From positions 256,001 to 320,000 of the forward strand of contig CAWGHO010000003.1 of NCBI GenBank assembly GCA_963822445.1: a stretch of 64,000 nt of DNA, given 5' to 3'. The DNA is from an uncultured Acidobacteriota bacterium (GTDB taxonomy: Bacteria; Acidobacteriota; Thermoanaerobaculia; Gp7-AA8). Under the pieces are notes generated by a model that searched no databases, had not been told where the DNA came from, and saw only the letters and a list, made by a program, of their open reading frames with translations. This document shows, one piece after another, positions 9,059 to 19,171 of this stretch. The position numbers were made by a program, and so were the translations under genes. Position 1 is the first letter of the stretch. Each line of letters opens with the position of its first letter.

Positions 9059-10935
9059 GTGGATGTTGGGCCCGCGTGCACTGATTCATAGAACGAAGAG
9101 AACATCGCGAGCTGCGTTGGCAAATCGTCTGTGGAAGTGGGCTGACCTCCCATTAGTGTCGCTAAAGCCCGCCGTGGGTTTTCGAAGATGTCTAGGAGGG
9201 CCTCCGCGGGGAATGTGCAGCGGCGCTTGCGGCGATGTGAGTACTCGAAGAACGGTGCAAAAATCGGGTGAATACGAAACTCATCATCGCGCATCTCACG
9301 TTGGGTCGTCGCCTTCGTCCTCGGCGTCGCTTCGAACGCGAGGTTAGACACACCCTCATGCAATAAGGCCAGCACGCGCATGCGCGCGTCTTCCGCGCCG
9401 GACACGACAAACGAGTTCCGCTCCGGCGACTTGCCGACGGGATCCCTTGCGAACTCAAAAAACACCTTACCAAGCGCGAGAACTAAACGTTTGATCTCGG
9501 AGCCGTGTTCGCTGAGACCTTCGAGTTGGTCTAACCGGCGCTTCCCGACTGCTCGAGCGGCTAAGGTTTGATGCTCCGGAGGCAATTGGCCCGCGTAAGC
9601 GGCCGATGCGTCGGGATCACTCGCGAGTTGCGCGATCGCTTCATCAATAAGTTCGATGAAATATCGTATATTGCCGGAGGCCAGTCCAGTAAATGTCCGC
9701 GCACCACTGAAGTACTTGCGAATCCGTGCGCCCTTGCGTCCTTTCGACAACCAGAAGAGGCTCGCGTAACCGTAGTTCCCGAGCCGAGTAGCCCACTGAT
9801 CGGGATTGTTCTTCCAGTCTCTCGCCAGATCCGTCGCCGTCCCCTTACCGCCTTCGGACCAATACTTGACGAAGTAAAGTTCGTTCTTAGGAACGTCCTT
9901 AGCCCACCGGATGAGGCCGGTGTCATTAGTTGCGATGATCTCATCAAGAACGTCCTCCGCGACCCGAGAGCATCCGAGCTTCTCAGCTTCAATCGAAAAA
10001 GACATTTCAGGTAGAAAGTCGTCCAGACTATCGGCGACTTGCAGGCCACGGTCTTGGGCGCGCTCTAGCCGGTGCTCAACGACCTGTTTCGCAAAAACTT
10101 CGAAGCTCTCCTCGCCGATATCGATCTCCGAATAATCGTCGGGCGTAGCGAGTACGTCGTTCGTGCCGCTCGTTGCACGCGAGCGCAACCCGCCACGCTT
10201 GACGCCTACTTTGTACGAAAGCGGGGGCTCTGAGTGCTTTATATAGGTGTTAAGGATCGCTTGCTGGTAGTCGAGAAGATTTTCATACTCGTCGATGCAG
10301 CAAAATACCGTTTTCCCAGTCGCGAGTGGTGACGATATGAGCGTTTCAACGAAGTGCCGCAACGGCGCCTCCTGCACGGAGAATACCGGCCGTTTCGCCT
10401 GCGTCGGATTGTTAACGTAGAGTTCCAGCGCCACGAGACTGGCATTCAGACACTTCAGGAACCCCCCGCAGTCGGTTATATCGTGCACATCGAAACTGGC
10501 TGCAACCGAAGCAATGTTGAGCGGCGTGGAACCATCGCGCTGCTCCAACCATTGTGCAAGGCGACAAAGTTCGGTTACGCAAAGAATATTAAAATAGTGC
10601 GCGAAAGCCTTCTCCCAATCACTCGTCGGAAGCTCAGTGCCTTGAAACGCGCGAACTCGATTCTTATTGATCCGGATGTAGATCCCGAGGTAGGGGAGTG
10701 TGCCAGCGGGCAGGCCTTCGGATGACAGACGGGCCGCCGACGCGTCGAACCTCAGAGAACGCAGCGACGTGGTCTTGCCAGTACCGCGCCCACCGATCAG
10801 AAAGCAAGGCCGTGCGACTTCTAGTTTCGGAAAATAGGGCGGGGCGATGAATAGGTCGCCGAAAAGCGCCGCGGACCACTCGGCCCGATAGTCGGAAAAA
10901 AAATCGCCTAACCTACGTAGCTCGCTAATACTCAT
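9055..10935 (-). CDS. P-loop ATPase (ORC/CDC6-like or STAND-related)
   Basis: Walker A GGRGTGKT, Walker B FCCIDEYENL, and ASGNIRYFIEL. The start at 10935 overlaps the upstream stop codon (ATGA). Confidence 0.85.
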   Translation of the reverse strand: MSISELRRLGDFFSDYRAEWSAALFGDLFIAPPYFPKLEVARPCFLIGGRGTGKTTSLRSLRFDASAARLSSEGLPAGTLPYLGIYIRINKNRVRAFQGTELPTSDWEKAFAHYFNILCVTELCRLAQWLEQRDGSTPLNIASVAASFDVHDITDCGGFLKCLNASLVALELYVNNPTQAKRPVFSVQEAPLRHFVETLISSPLATGKTVFCCIDEYENLLDYQQAILNTYIKHSEPPLSYKVGVKRGGLRSRATSGTNDVLATPDDYSEIDIGEESFEVFAKQVVEHRLERAQDRGLQVADSLDDFLPEMSFSIEAEKLGCSRVAEDVLDEIIATNDTGLIRWAKDVPKNELYFVKYWSEGGKGTATDLARDWKNNPDQWATRLGNYGYASLFWLSKGRKGARIRKYFSGARTFTGLASGNIRYFIELIDEAIAQLASDPDASAAYAGQLPPEHQTLAARAVGKRRLDQLEGLSEHGSEIKRLVLALGKVFFEFARDPVGKSPERNSFVVSGAEDARMRVLALLHEGVSNLAFEATPRTKATTQREMRDDEFRIHPIFAPFFEYSHRRKRRCTFPAEALLDIFENPRRALATLMGGQPTSTDDLPTQLAMFSSFYESVHAGPTST

Positions 10936-11846
10936 TGATATTTCACTAGTCGAATCCAAGAACCAGGTCCTTTCGCCCAAAGGAGCGGAATAGTGCTGTC
11001 CGGAACACCATGTTCAAACGCGAACAATAAACCGAGCTCGTGAAACCCAAACAGCGGACCGTCGCCGCTTTGGAGGAAAGGCTTCAAGTCCAGTGATCCT
11101 GCGTGGCGCTGCAAGAACGCTCGTAAAGCGGTCTGAATATCGTCCATGGGCGGGTCGAGTTGGGGCGCCTGGAGTGTTTGTACTGAGTACGTGGCGTCGA
11201 GCACGTGCGTCGATACGATCGTGATTCCCGGCGCGGCGGTTTGAGCATTGCGGATCGCCGTGTCCGTGGCTATTAGCGCGAGGCAGAACGCGTCAAACGG
11301 CCGCGCAGCATGGGCTTCTTTAAAAGACTGGGGCCCGTTGCCGGGATGTGGTCGGTTCCAAGTCTTGATGAGTTGCTGCCCACTCCCGAGGAAATCGTCG
11401 ACAAACACCACCGGGCGACCTGTTGCTTTGACCTCCGCGAGCGCTTTACCGGGTTCGAAAAAGCGATCATCGTCGAGTTCAATGAGGTCCCGGAGCTTCC
11501 GGCACATTGTTTTGCCTGAATCGGTCGGACGCGGATTCTCGCCTTCGACCGGTGCGAATACAAGACTCTGGAGAAAGGTAACGGGATCGCCGGGCTGCGT
11601 GATCCTTCCTAGAAGGACATCATCCTCGAACCGGTTATACGCCGCCACGAGTAGACGGTCTGATGCCCGGTCGGCGTAGAAGATGAAGTTATCTAGAATT
11701 ATCGCGGCGAGTAGGCGCTCATGGTCGTCAGTGAAGTTGGTCAGCCACGCTGCCGGCCGAAGTCTAGGCTCGGGAGCCCACAACCCATTGTTCTTGAGCG
11801 CTTCGCATTTCGCGAGGACGCTCTCAACGTACAGATCGGCTCGCAT
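10932..11846 (-). CDS. Phosphoribosyltransferase-like protein of the conflict-system type
   Basis: PRPP-binding loop VVFVDDFLGSGQQ, N-terminal WLTNF, and C-terminal FEHGVPDSTIPLLW. Confidence 0.78.
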   Translation of the reverse strand: MRADLYVESVLAKCEALKNNGLWAPEPRLRPAAWLTNFTDDHERLLAAIILDNFIFYADRASDRLLVAAYNRFEDDVLLGRITQPGDPVTFLQSLVFAPVEGENPRPTDSGKTMCRKLRDLIELDDDRFFEPGKALAEVKATGRPVVFVDDFLGSGQQLIKTWNRPHPGNGPQSFKEAHAARPFDAFCLALIATDTAIRNAQTAAPGITIVSTHVLDATYSVQTLQAPQLDPPMDDIQTALRAFLQRHAGSLDLKPFLQSGDGPLFGFHELGLLFAFEHGVPDSTIPLLWAKGPGSWIRLVKYQ

Positions 11847-12080
11847 GCGACAGCATTCTCCTCTGCGCCGCTAGTAACGGCAAGAGTTGCTTTCTACCAT
11901 TCTTCTGATGAGATCTCGGAAGGCTCGTCTCGCGTGGTGCCGGGTGTGTAGATCCTGTTGCGACCCGGCTCGGCACGCATCAATGAGTGGCTCGGCGGCA
12001 CGCCAGCCGATCTGCGGGCACGGATCTTCGGACCAGGCCTGAAGAGATTGACGTCGCTAGCCGAACAAGCTACGACGATC

Positions 12081-12477
12081 ATGGCTGGAAACGCAGATGG
12101 AGGCGGTAGTGGACCCGGGGGGCGCGGGCGTGGCTTCCAGCCAGGGTTCGGCCCCGAGTTCACCGTGAAACAAGACGCGACGACGCGTGACGATCACGCG
12201 CGGCGGTCAGGCCGGTGAGTCAACTCCGCTCACATACAAACTCGACGACTCGGAGAGCAAGAACACCATAACCCGCGACGGTCAGCAGATCGAACAGATC
12301 TCGACGGCGAAGTGGGAGGGGAACACGTTGGTGATCGTTACGCAGCTGAACTTCCAGGGCAACACGCGGGAAATGCGCCGCGTACTGTCGCTGGACGGCG
12401 GCAACCTCCTGATCGATCAGACCACCCCCGGGCGCAACGGCGACACGACGGTCAAGGTCGGCTTCAAGAAGGGTTAA
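12081..12477 (+). pseudogene. 5'-truncated, frameshifted small beta-barrel (lipocalin/FABP-like) protein
   Basis: A Gly-rich stretch ...FTVKQDATT continues as TITRGG...YKLDDSESKN...AKWEGNTLVI...VGFKKG only after a frameshift near 12186. No N-terminal signal region is present. Confidence 0.55.
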
Positions 12478-12531
12478 CGTGCTCTACGTCGGAGCCGACG
12501 CCGCGCTGCGGGCGTCGGCTTTGGCCCGCCT

Positions 12532-15186
12532 CTACAGGAAGTTCTCGACCAGCATCAGATCGTCGGTAGAGCTGTCGACCTTCGAGTAAAAGAGCACGAG
12601 CCCGTCGCGCGTGGCCGTCGGCACCCATTGGACGTGGCCGAGGTTTTCGGCGACGGTGTGCGTTTCCTCGGTGGCGAAGTCGAGAAAGCGCAGGCGGGCC
12701 TGACCGCCCGCGCGATCGAAATAATAGATTCCGGCATCAACCGGAACGAAGCCCCACCCCAGAAGACCGTCGACGACCCGTTTCGGCGAGCCGGAAGCAA
12801 ACGGAAGCTGCCAGAGCACGCCGTTCACGTCGTCGACGTGCGTGTAGTACAGCGAACGGCCGTCGGCTGCTTCGAGGCCGTACCAGGCGCCGCGGGTCGT
12901 GATCTGCGCCGCGGGTCCGCCGCCGAAGGGCATCTTCCAGATCTGATATTCGCCCGTGCGTGTCGAGCAGAAATACATCCAGCGTCCATCGTGCGAGAAC
13001 GTCGCGCCCTGATCGAACGCCGGATGGTCTGTCAGGCGGCGCGGTTGCCCACCCGTGGACGGCATCATGAAGAGATCGAAGTTGCCCGGTTGATTCGAGC
13101 CGAAAGCGATCCAGCGGCCGTCGTTGGACCAGCGCGGGCCGCCGGTGGCGTGGGCCTTCATGGACGTGAGTTTCACGGCGTTCGCGCCGTCGGTGTCGGA
13201 CGTCCAGATCTCCCAGTCCCCCGAACGGGTCGACGTGAAGGCCATGCGCTTTCCGTCCGGGGAGAGTTGCGCGTGAATGTCCATCCTGGTCGACGCGATG
13301 GCAACGCGCGGAGGCGCCCCGGTGGTGACACCGGGCCTGCTCATGTCGATGCGCCAGATGTTCAGGTCCGTGTAGCTCCACGCGTACACGAGCCGACTTC
13401 CACGATTCGTTGTCGCGGGCGCGATGGCCGCGAGATACCCGTCTTCACCGGCGAAGGGAAGCTTCACCGGGGGATCGTCTTCGAACGCGCTCACACGCCA
13501 GAGTCCACTCTTCGCCGAAACCAGGATCTCTTTTCCTTCGGGCAGCCACACGGGGTGCTCGCCGTTGAGGTCTCTAGAGACGACCAGACGCGATGCTCCA
13601 GCGGGCGTCACGCCGTTTCCGAGCGGCAGCGCGTGGATCTCGCCGATGCCCCAGTCCAGAGCGCGCCGGAAGATGAGAGTCCGTCCGTCAGGCGAGATCG
13701 CCGGGCTGGTGTGCGAAAGCGCTGTTGCCGGCGGTGCGGTCAACGGCCGTTTCGCCCCGGTCTCGATCGAGACGACGTAGAGCGCGTCGCGTTTTCCATC
13801 GCTCGCTGCATCGGTGATGACCAGACAGGTGCTGTCGGGACACCAGCTGATGTAGGCGGCTGGAACGTCCGACGTATTGTGCACGCGGACTTCCGTGACT
13901 TTTCGCTCCGGACCGCCGAGGGGCGCGACGAGTCTCAGCTCGTGCACGTTCTCCTTGATCATCCCGTTGACACCTCGCAGGAAGGCGATCCAGCGTCCGT
14001 CCGGCGACCAGGCAGGATTGAAGTCGCTGAGCGGATCGGTCGTCAGGCGGAGGGGCGTGCCCGAGCCGATCATTTGAACGTAGAGATCCTCGTTGTCAGC
14101 CGCCGGACCGTTCCAGGTGAATACGACCTGATTGCCATCGGGTGAAAAGGCGGGATAACGCTCCGCGCCGGCGAAGGTCGTAAGGGCCGCGGCATTGGCT
14201 CGGCTCGATTCTTCGGGGCGCGTGGTGCGGCCTGCAAACGCGATCCACAAGACTGCCGTCAACAGCGCGGCAGCGAGGATCGCCGCGGGCCACCATCGCT
14301 TCCCGTCGACGCGGCGCGCCGGACGGCTCGACGCCGTCTCCGATTCGGCGCGGAGATCTTCGAGCGCCGCTTTCAGATCCAGCATCGTCTGGAAACGGCG
14401 GGAGGGATCCTTCCGAAGACAGCGAAGGATCACCTTTTCGAGATCGACAGGGATGCTGGCGTTGACCTGCCGCGGGGGCGGAGGTTCGTCGTGGAGGAGG
14501 TTGTGGAGAATCGCGACGCGACTGTTTCCGACGAACGGTCTCCGTCCCGTGGTCATCTCGTAGAGGACGATGCCGAGGCTGAAAATGTCCGATCGCGCGT
14601 CCACCTTCAGCCCCTCGGTCTGCTCCGGCGACATGTAGGCGACGGTCCCGACGATCACTCCCTCTTCGGTGAGCGGAGCGGCCAGCGTGGGTGCATCGGG
14701 CGACAGGTCGGACGGCTCGGTCAGTTTGGCCAGACCGAAGTCCAGGACCTTGCAATGACCGTCGCTCGCGACCATCACGTTCGACGGCTTCAGATCGCGA
14801 TGAAGAATGCCCGCGCCGTGTGCGGCCGCAAGTCCGTCGGCGATCTGCATGCCGTACTGCAAGGCGAGCCGAATGGGCAGACCCTCGGCGGGAATGACCG
14901 CACTGAGCGGCCGGCCCTCGACGTGTTCCAGGACGAGGAAGTCCACTCCATCATCGGAGCGCACGTCGTGGACCGTGACGATGTTGGGATGGTTCAACGC
15001 GCTGGCGGCACGGGCCTCGCGGATGAAGCGCTCCTTCCGATTCGATTCCGCGACTTTCTCCGGAGGAATGATCTTCAGGGCCACCACGCGGTTGAGGTAC
15101 GTGTCACGGGCCCTGTACACGACGCCCATGCCGCCTTCACCGAGCTTCGCTTCGATGAGGTAGCGATCGAGTGTGCGGCCAATCAT
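12532..15186 (-). CDS. Ser/Thr kinase with TM segment and TolB/PD40 beta-propellers
   Basis: LGEGGMGVV, HRDLKPSN, DFGLA, YMSPE, and many FSPDG/WSPDG repeats. Start at MIGRTLDRY. Confidence 0.95.
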   Translation of the reverse strand: MIGRTLDRYLIEAKLGEGGMGVVYRARDTYLNRVVALKIIPPEKVAESNRKERFIREARAASALNHPNIVTVHDVRSDDGVDFLVLEHVEGRPLSAVIPAEGLPIRLALQYGMQIADGLAAAHGAGILHRDLKPSNVMVASDGHCKVLDFGLAKLTEPSDLSPDAPTLAAPLTEEGVIVGTVAYMSPEQTEGLKVDARSDIFSLGIVLYEMTTGRRPFVGNSRVAILHNLLHDEPPPPRQVNASIPVDLEKVILRCLRKDPSRRFQTMLDLKAALEDLRAESETASSRPARRVDGKRWWPAAILAAALLTAVLWIAFAGRTTRPEESSRANAAALTTFAGAERYPAFSPDGNQVVFTWNGPAADNEDLYVQMIGSGTPLRLTTDPLSDFNPAWSPDGRWIAFLRGVNGMIKENVHELRLVAPLGGPERKVTEVRVHNTSDVPAAYISWCPDSTCLVITDAASDGKRDALYVVSIETGAKRPLTAPPATALSHTSPAISPDGRTLIFRRALDWGIGEIHALPLGNGVTPAGASRLVVSRDLNGEHPVWLPEGKEILVSAKSGLWRVSAFEDDPPVKLPFAGEDGYLAAIAPATTNRGSRLVYAWSYTDLNIWRIDMSRPGVTTGAPPRVAIASTRMDIHAQLSPDGKRMAFTSTRSGDWEIWTSDTDGANAVKLTSMKAHATGGPRWSNDGRWIAFGSNQPGNFDLFMMPSTGGQPRRLTDHPAFDQGATFSHDGRWMYFCSTRTGEYQIWKMPFGGGPAAQITTRGAWYGLEAADGRSLYYTHVDDVNGVLWQLPFASGSPKRVVDGLLGWGFVPVDAGIYYFDRAGGQARLRFLDFATEETHTVAENLGHVQWVPTATRDGLVLFYSKVDSSTDDLMLVENFL

Positions 15187-15298
15187 CGGAAGACGACGAT
15201 TGTATGCTCTCGTTATACTGCTCGCCGGTCGCAATCCAATTCGAGCCAATCAAAACGAGTAAATCCGACGGGTGTTGAAGCCCGCCGGCGGTAAGACC

Positions 15299-17896
15299 AT
15301 GAGCCCGACGATCACTTCCGGACAACGCCTCGGGCCCTACGAGATCGCCTCGCGCCTCGGCGCCGGCGGCATGGGCGAAGTGTGGAAGGCGCGCGACACG
15401 CGCCTCGACCGCAGCGTGGCCATCAAGATCCTTCCCGCCGCGCTCGCGCAGGACGCGCAGTTCAAACAGCGGTTCGAGCGCGAGGCGAAAACCATCTCCC
15501 AGCTGAATCATCCGCACATCTGCACGCTCTACGACGTCGGCGACGACTACCTGGTGATGGAGCTGATCGAAGGGGAGTCGCTCGCCGAGCGGCTCGAGCG
15601 CGGTGCGATGCCGTTGGCGGAAGTTCTCAAATACGGCGCGCAGATCGCCGAGGCCCTCGATCGCGCACATCGCGCAGGAGTGGTCCATCGCGATCTGAAG
15701 CCGGGCAACGTGATGATCACGCGCACCGGCGCGAAGCTGCTCGACTTCGGACTCGCCAAAGCGGCCTTCGATGATGCCGACAACGGCATGACCGTGCAGA
15801 AGCCGCTGACGCAGGAAGGCACGATCCTCGGCACCTTTCAATACATGTCCCCGGAGCAGCTCGAGGCCGCCGAGGCCGACGCGCGATCGGACATCTTCGC
15901 CCTCGGCGCACTGCTCTACGAGATGGCCACCGGCCGCCGCGCGTTCGAAGGGAAGTCGAAAGCTTCACTGATCGCGGCCATCGTCAAAGAACAGCCGCCT
16001 CCAATGTCGGAAGTGCAGCCGCTCACGCCACCTGCGTTCGAGCGTCTCGTTTCCGGGTGTCTGGCGAAGGACCCTGAGGATCGCTGGCAGAGCGCGCACG
16101 ACGTCGCGCAGCAGCTTCGCTGGATCGGCGAATCGGGGTCGCAGGTGAACGTCGCGGCGCCGCTTGTTGCGCAACGGAAGAGGCTTAACCGGTTGGCGTG
16201 GACCGTCGCCGCGATCGCCGGGATCGCGGCACTCGCGGCGGGCGCGCTTGCGTGGCGGGCGATGACGCGCGTCGAATCTCCGCAGGTCATGCGCTTCTCC
16301 GCGCCCAACACGATCGCCGCGCGGCCCGCCGACAACTACGGAATCATCGCCGTCTCTCCCGACGGCCGGGAGATCGTCTACGCCGCGTCCCTCAACGCGA
16401 CGAAGATGCTCTTCCGCAGAGCGATCGATCAGTTCGAGGCGAAGCCGATTCCCGGCACCGAAGGCGCCGTGCAACCGTTTTTCTCGCCGGACGGTAAGTG
16501 GGTCGGTTTCGTCGCGCGGCACAAGTTGATGAAGGTCGCGCTCTCGGGCGGACAGCCGATCGAGCTCGCGCATGCTGCGCTTCCCCGAGGTGCCGAGTGG
16601 CTCGAGGATGACACGATCGTTTTCTGCCCCTACTTCTACGGCGGAATCGACCGCGTCCCGGCGTCCGGCGGCACAGCCACTCCGGTCTCCAAAGTCGATC
16701 GTGCGGCGGGAGAGCGAAGCCATCGCTGGCCGCATGCGCTCCCGGGCGGGAAAGTGGTGCTGTACTCGGTGGGCCTCGGGTCGTCCTGGGACAACGCAAA
16801 AGTGGTTGCACAACGGCTCGATACCGGCGAACGGAAGGTCGTCCTCAACGGAGGATGCGACGCGCGCTACGTTCCGACGGGTCACCTCGTGTACGTGCGC
16901 GGGAACTCGTTGTATGCGGTTCCCTTCGACGCCGAGGCGCTCGAAGTGCGCGGCCAGCCGGTGGAAGTGCTGAGCGGCGTCGCCAATCACAGCGCCGGCG
17001 GTGCGGAGTTCGCGTTTTCGCGCAACGGCATGCTCGTCTACTTCTCGCCGGGCGTCGGCGGTGACGAAGGAGGGCAACTCATCGTCGTGAACCGTCGCGG
17101 CGAGCAGCAACCTGCCCGGTTGCCGGCCGGCGCGTTCTCGAGTCCCGGCTTTTCGCCGGACGGCTCCGCAATCGCTGCCGTGCGCGACTACAACATCTGG
17201 GCGATCGACACGATCCGCGGCACGAGCACCCGCGTGGCGTCGGGCGCACGTGTGGCGTGGCCGGTATGGTCGAGCGATGGCTCCCACATCTATTACTCAT
17301 CGGAGCGCTTTGGATGGTGGCAGGTCTTTGCGCGAGCCGCCGACGGCAGCGACGAGGAGCGGCAGATCTCGAAGTCAGACGCCGCCGTCGTTCCGTTGGC
17401 GATGTCTCCTGACGGCCGCGAGATGCTCGTCCGCATCGATCGCAAAGAAACGGCCGGCGATGTCGACCTCATGGATCTCGAAGGACGAATCCGCCCCTTC
17501 GCGCGGTCCGAAGCGGACGAGCTTCCCGGAGCGTTCTCGCCGGACGGCCGGTGGATCGTGTATTCGTCGGACGAGTCGGGACGCGCGGAAATCTATGTCC
17601 GTCCGGCGAGCGGCGCGGCCGGCCGCTGGCAGATCTCGATCGAGGGAGGCATCGACCCGCGCTGGGCACTGCCGGACGAGATCGCCTACCTGCAGGGCAG
17701 CAGGATCATGGCCGTCACCGTGAAGACGGCGCCGTCGTTTTCGGTCGGGACGCCGAGGCTTCTCGTCGATCGCAATGCATCGGATTTCGATCTCACCCGC
17801 GACGGACGCATCCTCATCGCCGAGGCACCAGACGCGGCATCACCCGGGCGGCTGAATGTCGTGGTGAATTGGTTTGAAGAGTTGCGGCGAAGGTAG
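15299..17896 (+). CDS. Ser/Thr kinase with TM segment and TolB/PD40 beta-propeller (paralog of 2583-5183)
   Basis: LGAGGMGEV, HRDLKPGN, DFGLA, YMSPE, FFSPDG, and a C-terminal VVVNWFEEL. Confidence 0.95.
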   Translation: MSPTITSGQRLGPYEIASRLGAGGMGEVWKARDTRLDRSVAIKILPAALAQDAQFKQRFEREAKTISQLNHPHICTLYDVGDDYLVMELIEGESLAERLERGAMPLAEVLKYGAQIAEALDRAHRAGVVHRDLKPGNVMITRTGAKLLDFGLAKAAFDDADNGMTVQKPLTQEGTILGTFQYMSPEQLEAAEADARSDIFALGALLYEMATGRRAFEGKSKASLIAAIVKEQPPPMSEVQPLTPPAFERLVSGCLAKDPEDRWQSAHDVAQQLRWIGESGSQVNVAAPLVAQRKRLNRLAWTVAAIAGIAALAAGALAWRAMTRVESPQVMRFSAPNTIAARPADNYGIIAVSPDGREIVYAASLNATKMLFRRAIDQFEAKPIPGTEGAVQPFFSPDGKWVGFVARHKLMKVALSGGQPIELAHAALPRGAEWLEDDTIVFCPYFYGGIDRVPASGGTATPVSKVDRAAGERSHRWPHALPGGKVVLYSVGLGSSWDNAKVVAQRLDTGERKVVLNGGCDARYVPTGHLVYVRGNSLYAVPFDAEALEVRGQPVEVLSGVANHSAGGAEFAFSRNGMLVYFSPGVGGDEGGQLIVVNRRGEQQPARLPAGAFSSPGFSPDGSAIAAVRDYNIWAIDTIRGTSTRVASGARVAWPVWSSDGSHIYYSSERFGWWQVFARAADGSDEERQISKSDAAVVPLAMSPDGREMLVRIDRKETAGDVDLMDLEGRIRPFARSEADELPGAFSPDGRWIVYSSDESGRAEIYVRPASGAAGRWQISIEGGIDPRWALPDEIAYLQGSRIMAVTVKTAPSFSVGTPRLLVDRNASDFDLTRDGRILIAEAPDAASPGRLNVVVNWFEELRRR

Positions 17897-17975
17897 CCGG
17901 CCTGCGCGAGGGTAGGGAAACCCGCGAGCCCATCACTCCTTAGACGACAACGGATCCGAGAGGAGCTTCCCCTTC

Positions 17976-19163
17976 ATGAGTAATCCAATGCCGCGCACAG
18001 CGGAACACGTGTCCCAGGGCCACCCCGACAAGTTCTGCGACCAGGTCGCCGATCGCATCCTCGACGCGGCGCTGCAGGGCGCCGCAGCGATCGACACGCC
18101 GACACTCGACTCCATCCGCACCGCGATCGAGTGCCTGGTCAAAGACAATCTCCTCATCGTCTCCGGCGAAGTGAAATTGCCGCCGGCTCTCCGTGGAGAG
18201 CTCGATTTCATCGCGCTCGCGCGCGAGGTCTGGAAGGACGTCGGCTACGGCTCGATCTGGTCGGGCGGCTATGGCGACGAGGACGCGGGGCAGGCATTCG
18301 GCGAGCTGACCGTCGTCAACCACATCCGCGCGCAGTCGCCGAACATCGCCAAGGGCGATGACCGCACCGCGCCGACTGCCGACAGCGGCACGGGTTCCGA
18401 CTCCGGCGGTGCGGGCGATCAGGGAATCATGGTCGGCTACGCGACGGCGGAGACGCCGGAGATGATGCCGCGCGAGTGGGTCTACGCGCGCAACCTCTGC
18501 CGTCGTTTGAACGAGGTGCGCGTCGACGGCACGTTTCCGTGGCTGCGCTCGGACTGCAAGACGCAGGTCTCGCTCGATGCCGACGGCAACGTGACCAGTG
18601 TGATCATCGCCGCGCAGCACAATTCAGAAGTCGATCCGCGCGACCGCAAGCAGGAGCTCATCGATGGCGTCGTTCGTCCGGTCCTGCAGCAGGACGTCGA
18701 CGCGAAGAACATCCGCATCAACGGCACGGGGCGATTCGTCATCGGCGGACCGACCGGCGATGCCGGCGTCGTCGGACGCAAGATCGTCATCGACGCCTAC
18801 GGCCCGCGCATCCCCGTCGGCGGCGGCGCGTACTCCGGAAAAGATCCGACGAAGGTCGACCGCAGCGCGGCGTACATGTGCCGTCACATCGCGAAAGCGG
18901 TCATCGCGCACAAGGGCGCGCAGGAGTGCACCGTCACCATCGCCTACGGCATCGGGCAGCATCAGCCGGAGATGATCACCGCCGTCACCGAGACCGGCGC
19001 CGACGTCTCCGACTGGGTCCGCAGCAAGTTCGATCTCTCCCCGAAAGGAATCATCGAGCGCCTCGGCCTGCGCCGCCGCGACGGCTGGACCTACTACCAG
19101 ACCGCGTCGTACGGCCACTACGGGCGCGACATCTTTCCGTGGGAGAAGCCGGCGGACATCTAA
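17976..19163 (+). CDS. metK: S-adenosylmethionine synthetase (divergent)
   Basis: GHPDKFCDQ, GAGDQG, GRFVIGGP.GDAG, GGGAYSGKDPTKVDRS, YGHYGR..FPWE. Confidence 0.93.
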   Translation: MSNPMPRTAEHVSQGHPDKFCDQVADRILDAALQGAAAIDTPTLDSIRTAIECLVKDNLLIVSGEVKLPPALRGELDFIALAREVWKDVGYGSIWSGGYGDEDAGQAFGELTVVNHIRAQSPNIAKGDDRTAPTADSGTGSDSGGAGDQGIMVGYATAETPEMMPREWVYARNLCRRLNEVRVDGTFPWLRSDCKTQVSLDADGNVTSVIIAAQHNSEVDPRDRKQELIDGVVRPVLQQDVDAKNIRINGTGRFVIGGPTGDAGVVGRKIVIDAYGPRIPVGGGAYSGKDPTKVDRSAAYMCRHIAKAVIAHKGAQECTVTIAYGIGQHQPEMITAVTETGADVSDWVRSKFDLSPKGIIERLGLRRRDGWTYYQTASYGHYGRDIFPWEKPADI

Positions 19164-19171
19164 TTGCATTC

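Noticed and set aside
7054-11846. Classical restriction-modification or BREX system
   Set aside because: No restriction endonuclease, helicase, HsdS or PglZ motif is recognisable among the four genes.
15212-15240. Sigma70 promoter for the minus-strand kinase (TATAAC at 15212-15217)
   Set aside because: The -10 element is plausible but the -35 match is weak, so it is not supportable without transcription start data.
18476-19171. 232-aa N-terminal extension of MetRS suggested by the ORF track
   Set aside because: It is an Arg-rich alternative frame overlapping metK. The MetRS motifs start at ATG 19172.
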